A stretch of DNA of 47,421 bases from Aeromicrobium sp. (GTDB taxonomy: Bacteria > Actinomycetota > Actinomycetes > Propionibacteriales > Nocardioidaceae), in the NCBI RefSeq assembly GCF_049586495.1, contig NZ_JBAVCB010000126.1, positions 1 to 47,421 of the forward strand, read 5' to 3'. Below the pieces are notes generated by a model. That model did no database searches. It was not told the DNA's origin and worked only from the letters and a program-made list of their open reading frames with translations. Positions within the stretch are counted from its first letter, which is position 1, and every line of letters starts with the position of its first letter. Position numbers and translations under genes: made by a program. Of this stretch, positions 1-11,914 are shown one piece after another.

Positions 1-738
1 GAACACTTCCCCGGCGGGGTGGGTGGCGCGACGCGGGTGGGGCGCACGGTCCGCCGACCGACGGGGCCCTGGACCCCGGCGGTCCACGAGCTGTTGGAAC
101 ACCTGCGGCTTCACGACCTTCCCGGCGTGCCGGAGGTGCACGGCATCGGCGATGACGGGCGCGAGATCCTGTCCTACGTCGAGGGCCGCGGCGTGCCGGT
201 CGACGCCGAGGTGGTGCTCGACTCCGTGCTGATCGAGGCGGGAGAGTGGCTGCGTCGTTTCCACGACACGGTCGACGCGTTCCGACCCGCTGGAACCCGC
301 CACTGGCGCGGCGCCGGTGAGGTCGAGCTGGCCGACGACCAGATCATCTGTCACCACGACCCCGGTGCCTACAACTGGATCATCCAAAGTGGCCACTTCG
401 TCGCCATGATCGACTGGGACATGGCTGGCCCTGGGGACCCGATCGATGACCTGGCCTTTCTCGCATGGACCGGCATCCCGTTGTATCGCGAGACCCCGAT
501 CGAGGACGTCGCCCGCCGTGTCGGTCTGCTGGCTGATGCCTATGGCGAGTGGGGCCCGTTCACCCTGCTCAACGCTGTGGTCGATCGCATGGCTGCTGCC
601 GCGGACCGCATCGAGGCCGGCATCGCTCGCGGCGACGAGGGCATCGCCAATCTGCAGAAGGTGGGCGAGCCGCAGCGCACCCGCGAACGGGTCGAGGCGT
701 TCCGGGCGCGCATCGCGGCCATCGACGCTGCACTCTGA
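1..738 (+). CDS. Aminoglycoside phosphotransferase (APH)/choline kinase-like protein, probably 5'-truncated by window edge
   Basis: Frame open from base 1 (EHFPGGVGG...). Brenner motif HHDPGAYN (HxDxxxxN) and metal-binding IDWD. Confidence 0.8.
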   Translation, partial: EHFPGGVGGATRVGRTVRRPTGPWTPAVHELLEHLRLHDLPGVPEVHGIGDDGREILSYVEGRGVPVDAEVVLDSVLIEAGEWLRRFHDTVDAFRPAGTRHWRGAGEVELADDQIICHHDPGAYNWIIQSGHFVAMIDWDMAGPGDPIDDLAFLAWTGIPLYRETPIEDVARRVGLLADAYGEWGPFTLLNAVVDRMAAAADRIEAGIARGDEGIANLQKVGEPQRTRERVEAFRARIAAIDAAL

Positions 739-749
739 CGGCCGTGACG

Positions 750-1478
750 TCAGGGCGCGACATGCTGGGGGAGTCCGAAGGTGGTTCGGATGCCGTCCGA
801 GTGCACCACCGAGTCGGGCGGGCGGTGCACGATGCCAGGTAGCCCGGCTGCTGCGACGAGGGTGTCGTCGAGCCTGTCGATCTGCGCAGACCGCAAGGGC
901 CACGGCTCGTGGTGGTTGGGGATCCACAGCGTGCGGCCCAGCCAGCGGGTGTGCAGGCCGAACCGGGCGGTGACGAACTGGTCGACCGGCGACGGCACGA
1001 CCGGGTCGCCGACGCGGACCTGCATGGTCCCGCCAGCGTCACGCGGTCTTGGCCACCGGCGACGCGTCGTGTAGGTGAGGCGGTCCCCATCGTGGCGGAC
1101 CCGCATGTGCGCCCAGGTGTACGGAAGTCCGAAGGAGAACCGGGCGCCCAGCGAGACCATCAGCCGCGATGCCTCCAGCGACCGAAAGACGACTCCGTGG
1201 CGTCCCTGTGGATCGATCGAGTACAGCCGCACGTTGGTCTCGGCAAAGGTCCCGAAGTAGGGCACGGCGGGACCCCGTCCAAAGCCCGCGCCGTGCATCT
1301 GGAAAGGGATGAGTCCGACGTAGGTCGCGCCGTCGAGGACGTCCGGTCTGGTCCCGGCCGGGAGCAGCGGGGCCACCCGCTCAGGATCGACGGCCCAGTG
1401 CACGAACGTGATCCGATCCCAGTCCTGCACCATCAACCGCGGTCCCCGAAGCGTGGGCGCCACCGGGTCGAAGTTCAC
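750..1478 (-). CDS. YqjF family (DUF2071) protein
   Basis: Typical segments MVQDWDRITFVHWAVDP, FAETNVRLYS, GVVFRSLEAS, FVTARFGL, HEPWPL. Confidence 0.85.
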   Translation of the reverse strand: MNFDPVAPTLRGPRLMVQDWDRITFVHWAVDPERVAPLLPAGTRPDVLDGATYVGLIPFQMHGAGFGRGPAVPYFGTFAETNVRLYSIDPQGRHGVVFRSLEASRLMVSLGARFSFGLPYTWAHMRVRHDGDRLTYTTRRRWPRPRDAGGTMQVRVGDPVVPSPVDQFVTARFGLHTRWLGRTLWIPNHHEPWPLRSAQIDRLDDTLVAAAGLPGIVHRPPDSVVHSDGIRTTFGLPQHVAP

Positions 1479-1533
1479 GCTTCATGGTCTCGCAGGCTGG
1501 CGCGTTCCGCCGGGTGGTGACCTGTGGCACCCC

Positions 1534-1539
1534 TAGGGT
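1534..1539 (+). promoter_or_regulatory. -10 element (TAGGGT) of a probably leaderless transcript
   Basis: TANNNT 6 nt upstream of ATG 1546, with no SD sequence. Confidence 0.55.
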
Positions 1540-1545
1540 GGCGCC

Positions 1546-2415
1546 ATGGATTCAGCCCTGACGACTGTCGCCCTCCCCGTGGCACTCGGCATCATCATGT
1601 TCGGTCTGGGCCTGTCGCTCACGCTCGAGGACTTTCGCCGCGTCCGCCATCACCCGCGGGCCGTCGTGGTCGCGCTCGGATGCCAGATCGTGCTGCTGCC
1701 GGCCGTTTGCTTCGGCATCGTGGAGCTGCTCAACCTGTCGCCGCTGCTGGCGATCGGCTTGCTGTTGCTCGCGGCCTCGCCCGGCGGAACCAGCGCCAAC
1801 CTGTTCAGCCACCTGTTCCGCGGCGACGTCGCGCTGAATGTCACGCTGACCGCCATCAACTCGATCATCTCGATCGCGACCCTGCCGTTGATCACCAACT
1901 GGGCGATCAACCACTACGGCCGCGAAGACACCGTCTCCCTGCAGTTCAGCAAGGTCCTCGAGGTCTTCGCGATCGTCCTGGTGCCCGTGCTGCTCGGCAT
2001 GCTGGTTCGGGCCAGGAAGCCAGCCATCGCCGCGCGCAGCGACCGAGGGGTGCGCATCGGTTCTGCCGTGATCCTCGCCGTCCTGGTCGTGGGAATCTTG
2101 CTCGACCAGCGCGACAACGCCGCGACCTATTTTGCCGACGTCGGCCTCGCCACGGCATTGTTCTGCGCGATCAGCCTGCTGGTCGGCTACTTCGTGCCCA
2201 AGGCATTCGGGGTCGTCGAGAAGCAAGCCATCGCCAGCTCGATGGAGATCGGGGTCCACAACGGAACGCTCGCCATCTACGTCGCGGTCGAAGTGCTGAA
2301 CTCCACCGAGATCTCGGTTCCGGCAGCTGTCTACTCGATCATCATGTTCGTCTTCGCCGGGCTGTGGGGCTCGCTGCTGTCGCGTCGGGCGTCGGTGACC
2401 ACTTCCACCAGCTAG
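1546..2415 (+). CDS. Bile acid:sodium symporter (BASS/SBF) family transporter
   Basis: IMFGLGLSLT, SPGGTSANLFSHLFRGDVALNVTLT and MEIGVHNG motifs. Multiple TM helices. Confidence 0.9.
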   Translation: MDSALTTVALPVALGIIMFGLGLSLTLEDFRRVRHHPRAVVVALGCQIVLLPAVCFGIVELLNLSPLLAIGLLLLAASPGGTSANLFSHLFRGDVALNVTLTAINSIISIATLPLITNWAINHYGREDTVSLQFSKVLEVFAIVLVPVLLGMLVRARKPAIAARSDRGVRIGSAVILAVLVVGILLDQRDNAATYFADVGLATALFCAISLLVGYFVPKAFGVVEKQAIASSMEIGVHNGTLAIYVAVEVLNSTEISVPAAVYSIIMFVFAGLWGSLLSRRASVTTSTS

Positions 2416-3668
2416 ATGTTGCTGCGGCCCAGCCACCCATCGACGAGGGCATTTCCGAACGTGCCGGTGGGATCGATCCGCTCGACCAGACGACCGAAAT
2501 CGACCAGCCGTGGATAGGCGGCGTGGTGCCGCTCGGGCGTGGTCGTGAACAGCTTGCCCCAGTGGGGGCGGGCCGCGAACGGAGCGAGGGCGTCGTCGAG
2601 CGCCGGCAGGCAGGCCATCACCCCCGGCACGTCCCGACGCCAGGTGAAGTGCAGGGCCGCGCAGTCGGTGTCGTGGCTGGGACTGAGCCACAGCGGGTCG
2701 GCGGCCACGGTACGGATCTCGGAGATCAGCAGCACCGGCCGGACGATGTCGGCCATCGACCGCACCGCGTCGATGGCCGCCAGCGCGTGGTCGCGCGGGA
2801 CGAGGTACTCCGTCTGCAGCTCGTCTCCGTTGCTGGGCGTGAACCCGAGCCGGAAGTGGGGCAGGCGATCCCACCACGGGCCGGGGCGGCCCAGCTGGTC
2901 TGTCGTCGACTCCGGATCGATCCCCGGGAGCGGGTGCAGCCCACTGGTAGCAGGGAGGGCGCCGAACAAATCGGATCGCGACGTCGTGCCGGACTTGAGC
3001 CAGACCGAGGTGGGTCCGACCTTGTTCCAGTCGGTGAACACACTCACGCTGTAGGCGGCTGAGGTGATCTCGTCGAAGTGCTCGACGAGATCACTCCACG
3101 GAAGGTGCTCGAACACGTCCTGCCTGATCTGGAAGGTGGGCCGGATGTCCAAGGACACCGCGGTGACCACCCCCAGCGCGCCGAGCGACACCACCATGCC
3201 CGCGAAGTCCCGGTCGCCGCGGCAGACCTCGCGCAGCTCGCCGTCGGCGCCGACCAGCTGGAGGGCGGAGACGGCGCTAGCCAGGCTGCCGTTGCGGTCA
3301 CCCGAGCCGTGCGTACCCGTGGCGATGCCGCCGGCCACCGAGATGTGTGGCAACGAGGCCAGGTTGTGCAGTGCCCAGCCGGCTGCGTCCAGCTGTTGCA
3401 CCAGCTCGCCGTAGCGAGTCCCCGCTGACACGGTGACCTCGCGCTGCTCCTCGTCGATCTCGACGCGCGCGGGCAGGCCGGCGACCGACACCTGGGCATG
3501 GTTGGTGTCCGCGATCGAGTTGAACGAGTGCCGTGATCCCACCGCACGCACCCGCGACGCCCCGGCGACGATCTCCTGCAGCTCCTCCACCGATGTCGGT
3601 TCGTGCAGCACGCTGGCGCCGTACCTCACGTTACCGGCCCAGTTGGTGTCCGTGCGCTGCGTCGTCAC
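2412..3668 (-). CDS. FAD-linked alditol/xylitol oxidase (AldO-like, VAO/ALO family)
   Basis: NWAGN N-terminus, GSRHSFN (covalent FAD His), NLASLPHISVAG, ATGTHGSG, RPHWGK. Start placed at GTG 3668. Confidence 0.85.
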   Translation of the reverse strand: MTTQRTDTNWAGNVRYGASVLHEPTSVEELQEIVAGASRVRAVGSRHSFNSIADTNHAQVSVAGLPARVEIDEEQREVTVSAGTRYGELVQQLDAAGWALHNLASLPHISVAGGIATGTHGSGDRNGSLASAVSALQLVGADGELREVCRGDRDFAGMVVSLGALGVVTAVSLDIRPTFQIRQDVFEHLPWSDLVEHFDEITSAAYSVSVFTDWNKVGPTSVWLKSGTTSRSDLFGALPATSGLHPLPGIDPESTTDQLGRPGPWWDRLPHFRLGFTPSNGDELQTEYLVPRDHALAAIDAVRSMADIVRPVLLISEIRTVAADPLWLSPSHDTDCAALHFTWRRDVPGVMACLPALDDALAPFAARPHWGKLFTTTPERHHAAYPRLVDFGRLVERIDPTGTFGNALVDGWLGRSNI

Positions 3669-3682
3669 CGGTCCAGTGTGCG

Positions 3683-5758
3683 CTACGCCAGGTGCCGCTT
3701 CAGGAAGTCGACCTGCAGCAGCTTGAGGTTCTCGGCGACGATCTCCTGCGGCGTCATGTGAGTGACCCCGGACAGCGGCAGCACGGTGTGCGGACGGCCC
3801 GCGGCGAGCAGCGCCGACGACAGTCGCAGCGTGTGGGCCGCCACCACGTTGTCGTCGGCGAGTCCGTGGATGAGCATCAGCGGACGCTCCAGCAACGGCG
3901 CCAGCGGCAGCAGTGAGTTGGCGTCGTACACCTCGGGCTGGGTGTTCGGGTCCCCGAGGTAGCGCTCGGTGTAACAGGTGTCGTACAGGCGCCACTCGGT
4001 CACGGGCGCGCCGGCCACGGCGGCGTGGAACACGTCGGGACGCCTCAGCACGGCCAGCGCCGAGAGATAGCCTCCGTAGGACCAGCCGGTGATGCCGACC
4101 CGGTCCATGTCGACGTCATCGGGGAACCTGGCGGCCACCACCTGGAGGGCCTCGACCTGGTCGTCGAGCGTCACGCCGACGAAATCGTTGCGCACCGCCT
4201 TCTCCCAGTCGCTTCCGCGTCCGGGAGTGCCACGTCCGTCGGCGACGATGACGCAGAAACCCTGATCGGCCAGCCACTGGGCCTCGAGGAAGGCGCGGGC
4301 CGATGACAGCACGCGCTGCGCGTGCGGCCCACCGTAGGGGTCCATCACGATGGGCAACCGGCAGCTTTCGCGCCGATGTCCGCGAGGAAACAACACCGCA
4401 ATGCTGAGGTCGTGCTCGCCGCCGCGCAGCATGGTGATTTCAGGCTCGAACGGGGGCGGTTCAGCCACGACTGACACGGTGCCGATTTCATCGCCGTCGT
4501 GATGCACCGTGATCGTGGTGCCGACCGCGTCGAGGCCTGAGCGGCTGATGACGGTGGTGGGCCCGCCCATGACAGCCCCGTGAAGTGCCGCTCCGGACGT
4601 CAGCTCGGTGACGCTGCCGTCGAAGCCGAACCGGACGACCTGCACCTGGCTCGGTTCGTCGGAAGCGGTGGCCACGACGCAGTCGTCGAAGGCCTCGACG
4701 ATCGACCGGACCTGCCACTCATCGGGAGACACCGCGGTGCCGTCGAGCATGACCCGGCGGCGCCCGCCGTGATCCTCGACCGACACGAGGCGACCGGATC
4801 CGATCAGCCGCGGGCCTGAGGACAGCTCGACCCAGGCGGGGTCCGTGAGGTCGCGTAGCACCTTGGTGGCCCCGGTGGCAGGATCGATCGACACGATCTG
4901 CGAGGTCCGCTGATCTCGGCTGAGCACCTGGATGATCGGAGCGCCGAACTCGGTCCAGCTGACCCGACCGAGGTACTCGAAGCTGCTGGTGTCCCACTGT
5001 GCCTGCGTGCGGTTGCCGTCCAGCTCGACCAGCCAGAGGCTGACGTCAGCGTTGGGCGTGCCAGCGGCCGGGTAGCGCTGAGCCACCGGGCGCCGCTCGG
5101 GGTGCTCCGGATCGGCGATGTGCCAGGTCTGCACGGGTCCCTCGTCGGTGCGCTGCACCACCAGCGAGGTGCCATCGGGCGCCCACCAGAAGCCCCGGAA
5201 CCGCTCCATCTCCTCGGCAGCGATGAAGTCGGCCTGCCCCCAGGTGACGTTCGCGCCGTCGGACGCGACCAGCGCTCGATCGTTGTTCCCGTCGATGTCG
5301 ATGATGCGCAGCGCGCCGCCGGCTGCGTACGCGATGCGCTGACCGGTGGGGTCCAGACGGGGGTCGATCACGCCCTCGGCCGACGGCAGAGCCGTGACCG
5401 ACCGGGACGAGAGGTCGACGGTCCACAAGCGTCCAGAGAGGGCGAAGCAGGCCCACCCACCGGCCGAGTCGACGTCGTACGACACGATTCCCGCCGCGGA
5501 CTCGCGGGACCGTTCGCGGCGGGACCGCTCCTCGGCCGACAGCTGCTCGTCGCCGTCCAGCACGGCCATCGGGTCGACCAGGAGCGTCTCGACGCCGGTC
5601 GCCACGTCGTGCTCCCACAGCTGACCCGTGCGCGTCACGCCGTCGGGCGTGCGCACGAACCGGACGGTCGACCCGTCCGGTGAGACCGTGATGTTGCGGG
5701 GCACGCCGAGGGAGAAACGCAGGGTGCGGGCAGCCAGGCGGGGGTACGAGACGGTCAT
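3683..5758 (-). CDS. S9 family peptidase (dipeptidyl peptidase IV-like)
   Basis: GWSYGG nucleophile, HGLADDNV (Asp), GVTHM (His), AAEEM motif, YGGPHAQRV. No signal peptide. Confidence 0.92.
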   Translation of the reverse strand: MTVSYPRLAARTLRFSLGVPRNITVSPDGSTVRFVRTPDGVTRTGQLWEHDVATGVETLLVDPMAVLDGDEQLSAEERSRRERSRESAAGIVSYDVDSAGGWACFALSGRLWTVDLSSRSVTALPSAEGVIDPRLDPTGQRIAYAAGGALRIIDIDGNNDRALVASDGANVTWGQADFIAAEEMERFRGFWWAPDGTSLVVQRTDEGPVQTWHIADPEHPERRPVAQRYPAAGTPNADVSLWLVELDGNRTQAQWDTSSFEYLGRVSWTEFGAPIIQVLSRDQRTSQIVSIDPATGATKVLRDLTDPAWVELSSGPRLIGSGRLVSVEDHGGRRRVMLDGTAVSPDEWQVRSIVEAFDDCVVATASDEPSQVQVVRFGFDGSVTELTSGAALHGAVMGGPTTVISRSGLDAVGTTITVHHDGDEIGTVSVVAEPPPFEPEITMLRGGEHDLSIAVLFPRGHRRESCRLPIVMDPYGGPHAQRVLSSARAFLEAQWLADQGFCVIVADGRGTPGRGSDWEKAVRNDFVGVTLDDQVEALQVVAARFPDDVDMDRVGITGWSYGGYLSALAVLRRPDVFHAAVAGAPVTEWRLYDTCYTERYLGDPNTQPEVYDANSLLPLAPLLERPLMLIHGLADDNVVAAHTLRLSSALLAAGRPHTVLPLSGVTHMTPQEIVAENLKLLQVDFLKRHLA

Positions 5759-5833
5759 GCCTCGATCAAATCATCCAGGCCCGGTCGTCAGCGGGCCGGG
5801 AGCCGCGCACACCGAAGCATGTTTTGCCCTCAG

Positions 5834-5839
5834 TACGCT
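5834..5839 (+). promoter_or_regulatory. -10 element (TACGCT) of probably leaderless mshB transcript
   Basis: TANNNT 6 nt upstream of ATG 5846. Confidence 0.55.
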
Positions 5840-5845
5840 GGGGGC

Positions 5846-6751
5846 ATGACGACTCCCGATCGCCGGATCCTCTTCGTGCACGCGCACCCCGACGACGAGA
5901 CCATCGGCAACGGCACCACGATGGCCAAGTACGTCGCCGAAGGTGCCCAGGTCACCCTGGTCACCTGCACCGCTGGCGAGGAGGGCGAGGTGTTGGTCCC
6001 CGAGCTCGAGCACCTGGCGGTGCACCACGACGACGCGCTGGGCCCCCACCGGGTCAAGGAGCTGCGCGACGCCATGGCCGTGCTCGGCGTCACTGATTTC
6101 CGCTTCCTCGGCGGCGAGGGTCATTTCCGAGACTCAGGGATGAAGTGGGCCGAGGACGGCACGGCCACGGCGGCGGACGAGACCCGACACGACACGTTCT
6201 GGTCGGCTGATCTCACCGTCGCCTCAGATCTGTTGGTCGCGATCATCCGCGAGGTGCGCCCCCAGGTGATGGTCACGTACGACCAGTTCGGAAATTACGG
6301 CCACCCCGACCACGTGCAGGCCCACCGGGTCGCCACCTATGCGTCTGCGCTGGCGGCCGTGCGGTCCTACCGTCCCGATCTCGGCGAGCCGTGGCAGGTG
6401 GCCAAGTTCTACTGGTCGGCCATGGCCAAGTCGCAGCTGGCCGAGGGAATTCGGCACCTGCGCGCCGCCGGCGACACCACCACCTTCGAGGGCTGGGATC
6501 CTGACAACCTCCCGTGGGGGAGCGACGATCATGAGCTCGACGCCGTCATCGACGGCAATGACTACGTCGACGCCAAGATGGACGCCATGCGCGCGCACGC
6601 CACGCAGATTGCACTCGACGGTCCATTCTTCGCGCTGTCCAACAACCTGGGGAACGAGGTCTGGGGTGCCGAGCACTACCGCCTCGCCCAGGGGCAGCGT
6701 GGTCCGGTCGGTCCAGATGGACTCGAGACCGATCTGTTCGCCGGACTGTGA
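5846..6751 (+). CDS. mshB: GlcNAc-Ins deacetylase (mycothiol biosynthesis)
   Basis: VHAHPDDE, TCTAGEEGE, DSGM, YGHPDH, AHATQI, FALSNN and C-terminal ETDLFAGL. Confidence 0.9.
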   Translation: MTTPDRRILFVHAHPDDETIGNGTTMAKYVAEGAQVTLVTCTAGEEGEVLVPELEHLAVHHDDALGPHRVKELRDAMAVLGVTDFRFLGGEGHFRDSGMKWAEDGTATAADETRHDTFWSADLTVASDLLVAIIREVRPQVMVTYDQFGNYGHPDHVQAHRVATYASALAAVRSYRPDLGEPWQVAKFYWSAMAKSQLAEGIRHLRAAGDTTTFEGWDPDNLPWGSDDHELDAVIDGNDYVDAKMDAMRAHATQIALDGPFFALSNNLGNEVWGAEHYRLAQGQRGPVGPDGLETDLFAGL

Positions 6752-6760
6752 GCGCGCTGC

Positions 6761-7305
6761 ATGGCTGACTCGGTCGACGACGCAGCCTTTCGCGCAGCCC
6801 TGAGCCGGTTCGGCAGCGGGGTCACCGTCGTGTCGACCGTGCTCGACGGCGTCGATCATCTGATGACCGCCAGCGCGTTCACGTCGGTCTCGTTGGATCC
6901 GCCCATGGTGCTGGTGTGCTCGCATCGCACGAGTCGATTTCACGACGCCGTCCTCGAGGCCGGCACGTGGGGTGTCTCGATCCTGGCCGAGAGAGGGATG
7001 AAGACCTCGGCCTGGTTCGCCCACCGGGGTCGTCCGCTCGAGGATCAGCTCTCCGGCATCGCGCACCACCGCGGAACATCGGGTGTCGCTCTGCTCGATG
7101 AGGCGCTGGGTTGGTTGGAGTGCCGCACGCAGGCTGTGCACGACGGGGGCGATCATGCGATCATCGTCGGCGAGGTCGTTGCCGCGGGAGTCATGCAGAA
7201 TGCGGACGATCCCCTGATGTACTACCGGTCGCACTACGGAACGATGGTGCGTCTGGATGAGTCGGAGAAGACCGTTTTCAGCGACATTCCCGGGAGATTG
7301 ACGAC

Positions 7306-7309
<4 letters not shown>
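6761..7309 (+). CDS. Flavin reductase family protein
   Basis: FRAALSRFGSGVTVV, SAFTSVSLDPP and GGDH motifs. Confidence 0.9.
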
Positions 7310-9351
<2,042 letters not shown>

Positions 9352-9367
9352 TCCGAGGTCGCGCTCG

Positions 9368-10348
9368 TCAGCACCGGCCCGCTGCCTGCGGATGTGCGGA
9401 GGGTGACTGGAGGTAGCGGTAGTCGTGGTGGTCGACGAAGCCGAACGGTTCGTACAAGGCCAGCGCGGCCGTGTTCTCGCGCATCGTCTGCAGATACGCC
9501 TTGTCGGCTCCACGCTCCACCGCCCAGGCCAGACAGGTCGACACCAGGCGGGTCGCGAGTCCAGCCTCTCGGCGGTGAGGAAGCACCTCGACGGCGGCGA
9601 TGCCGGCCCACTCACCCGTGACCACCACGCGTGCGATGGCTTCGATCGGATCGCCGAGCTGGGCGAAGCCCACCGTCGTCGGCCCAGAGATGACGGCCCG
9701 GGCGGCCGACATGTCCTCATCAGCGCGTCCGTAGAGGGCCAGCCACTGCTCGTTGAGCTCTGTGCGCACCTCGACCTCTGGATCGATCGCGTAGGTGAGG
9801 GCGAGATCGGCCACCTGCACCAGGGCGCCGGCCCGCAGGCCGTTGCCTGGACCCCACCCGGCGTCGAGGAAGTCGCGCTCGGCGCCCGACCCGACGATCA
9901 CCTGGGCCATCGGGGGAGCGGATCGGGCGAGGTACCAAGCCTCCACGGCGGCTATCGCGTCGGTTGACTCCATGCCGGGCGAGCCGACGGCCGCGACGGA
10001 GTTGGCTCGGCCGGTGAAGCCGCCGGCGGCGCGCAGCTCCCAGTCGCCCAACATCTCCGATTGCAGTGGCGGCCACCCGCGTGAGGTGATCTGGGTCAGC
10101 GTGGTGGTGTCGACGTCGGCTGCTCGGCGACGACGCAATGGGCGTTCGGGCACCTGCTTCCACGTGACCACGTCGGTCACCGCGACCCGGTGCACCGTGC
10201 CGTCTCGACGCTCCACGACGTACGCCTCGGCATCGATCGAGAGAACCCGTCCGACCGTGTCGGTCATGGCCGGCCCGCCCGTGGGACCGGTGCCGCCGAC
10301 CAGCGATCGCACCACGATTCGGGTTCCGATCTGCGGCGCATCGTTCAC
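9368..10348 (-). CDS. GNAT family N-acetyltransferase with small N-terminal beta domain
   Basis: GFTGRANS, VEVLPHRREAGLA (motif A), AYLQT...NTAALALYEPFGF (motif B). Confidence 0.85.
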   Translation of the reverse strand: MNDAPQIGTRIVVRSLVGGTGPTGGPAMTDTVGRVLSIDAEAYVVERRDGTVHRVAVTDVVTWKQVPERPLRRRRAADVDTTTLTQITSRGWPPLQSEMLGDWELRAAGGFTGRANSVAAVGSPGMESTDAIAAVEAWYLARSAPPMAQVIVGSGAERDFLDAGWGPGNGLRAGALVQVADLALTYAIDPEVEVRTELNEQWLALYGRADEDMSAARAVISGPTTVGFAQLGDPIEAIARVVVTGEWAGIAAVEVLPHRREAGLATRLVSTCLAWAVERGADKAYLQTMRENTAALALYEPFGFVDHHDYRYLQSPSAHPQAAGRC

Positions 10349-10442
10349 GGGTCAAGACTGACATGTCGCCGAATCGGACCTGACCACCCACGGCCAGATG
10401 GCGGGCGGGATACTGGTCGGGAGCAACGAAGGAGAACCACCC

Positions 10443-10772
10443 GTGACGTACGTGATCGCCCAGCCGTGTGTCGACCTCAAGGACCTCGCCTGTGTGGACG
10501 AGTGCCCGGTCGACTGCATCTACGAGGGCAAGCGCATGCTCTACATCCAACCCGATGAGTGTGTGGACTGCGGAGCCTGCGAGCCGGTCTGCCCGGTCGA
10601 GGCGATCTTCTACGAGGACGACACACCGCCGGAGTGGGCGGAGTACTACGAGGCGAACGTGAACTTCTTCGACGAGATGGGCTCGCCCGGCGGCGCCGCC
10701 AAGCTGGGCGTCATCGATCGTGACCACCCGATCGTTGCTGCGCTCCCTCCACAGATCCACGACGAGCACTGA
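10443..10772 (+). CDS. fdxA: 7Fe ferredoxin
   Basis: [49 protein letters not shown] upstream of GTG 10443. Confidence 0.95.
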   Translation: MTYVIAQPCVDLKDLACVDECPVDCIYEGKRMLYIQPDECVDCGACEPVCPVEAIFYEDDTPPEWAEYYEANVNFFDEMGSPGGAAKLGVIDRDHPIVAALPPQIHDEH

Positions 10773-10774
10773 CA

Positions 10775-11899
10775 GTGAGCTCCGTGGGTCGTCGCCGGAT
10801 GTCGGCTCGATTCCCGGACTTCCCGTGGGACACGATCGCCGCGGCGAAGGCGCGTGCGGCATCCCACGCCGAGGGGATCGTCGATCTCTCGATCGGCAGC
10901 CCGGTCGACGACTCGCCCGCTCTGGCTCAGCAGGCCCTCACGCGGGCCGCCAACGCGCCGGGCTACCCCACCGTCTCCGGCCCGGAGTCGCTGCGCCAAG
11001 CCGCAGCCGACTACCTGGCCCGCCGGTTCGGTGTGCAGGGACTGGACACGTCCGCCGTGCTGCCGACGATTGGCTCGAAGGAGCTCATCGCCAACTTGCC
11101 CGCCCAGCTCGGTCTTGGCGGCGATGATCTGATCGTCGTGCCGGAGCTGGCCTACCCCACGTACGAGGTGGGCGCGCGGTACGCCGGATGCGAGGTCGTT
11201 GCCGCCGACTCGACGGTGGCCCTGGGGCCGAGGATGCCGGCGCTCATCTACCTGAACTCGCCCGCCAACCCGCACGGACAAGTGCTGGGCGTCGACCACC
11301 TGCGCAAGGTGGTGGACTGGGCGCGCGATCGTGGCACCTTGGTGGTCTCCGATGAGTGCTACCTCGAGTTCGGGTGGGACGCCGAACCGATCTCCGTGCT
11401 GCACCCAGACGTGTGCGGCGACTCGCACGACGGAATCATCGCCCTGCACTCGGCATCCAAGCGGTCCAGTCTGGCCGGATATCGAGACGCCATGGTGGTG
11501 GGTGATCGATCGGTCGTGCACGAGCTGCTCGAGGTGCGCAAGCATCTGGGTTTCATGCAACCGTCGCCCGTGGCAGCAGCCATGGAGGCGGTGCTCGGCG
11601 ACGACGCGCACGTCGACACGCAGCGCGAGCTGTACCGGGCCCGACGTGCCACGTTGCGAGCGGCACTGGAAGCCGCGGGATTTCGCATCGAGCACTCCGA
11701 GGGCTCGTTGTATCTCTGGGCCAGCCGCGTGGTTGACGGGTGCGGCGAGAACGGCCGTGCGACCCTCGACTGGCTCGCCGACCGCGGCATCCTGGTCGCG
11801 CCCGGCGACTTCTACGGACCAGGCGGGGCCGAGTTCGTGCGCATCGCCTTCATGGCCACCGACGAACGTATCGCCGCCGCAGCATCCCGACTCGCCTGA
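10775..11899 (+). CDS. dapC: Succinyldiaminopimelate transaminase
   Basis: PDFPWD, DLSIGSPVD, NSPANPHG, SDECY, SASKRSSLAGYR (PLP Lys). Directly follows fdxA. Start may be ATG 10799. Confidence 0.88.
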   Translation: MSSVGRRRMSARFPDFPWDTIAAAKARAASHAEGIVDLSIGSPVDDSPALAQQALTRAANAPGYPTVSGPESLRQAAADYLARRFGVQGLDTSAVLPTIGSKELIANLPAQLGLGGDDLIVVPELAYPTYEVGARYAGCEVVAADSTVALGPRMPALIYLNSPANPHGQVLGVDHLRKVVDWARDRGTLVVSDECYLEFGWDAEPISVLHPDVCGDSHDGIIALHSASKRSSLAGYRDAMVVGDRSVVHELLEVRKHLGFMQPSPVAAAMEAVLGDDAHVDTQRELYRARRATLRAALEAAGFRIEHSEGSLYLWASRVVDGCGENGRATLDWLADRGILVAPGDFYGPGGAEFVRIAFMATDERIAAAASRLA

Positions 11900-11914
11900 T
11901 CGGGCCAACGGCTC

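Noticed and set aside
1..738. Aminoglycoside resistance gene
   Set aside because: Only generic APH-fold motifs are visible, so the substrate cannot be assigned.
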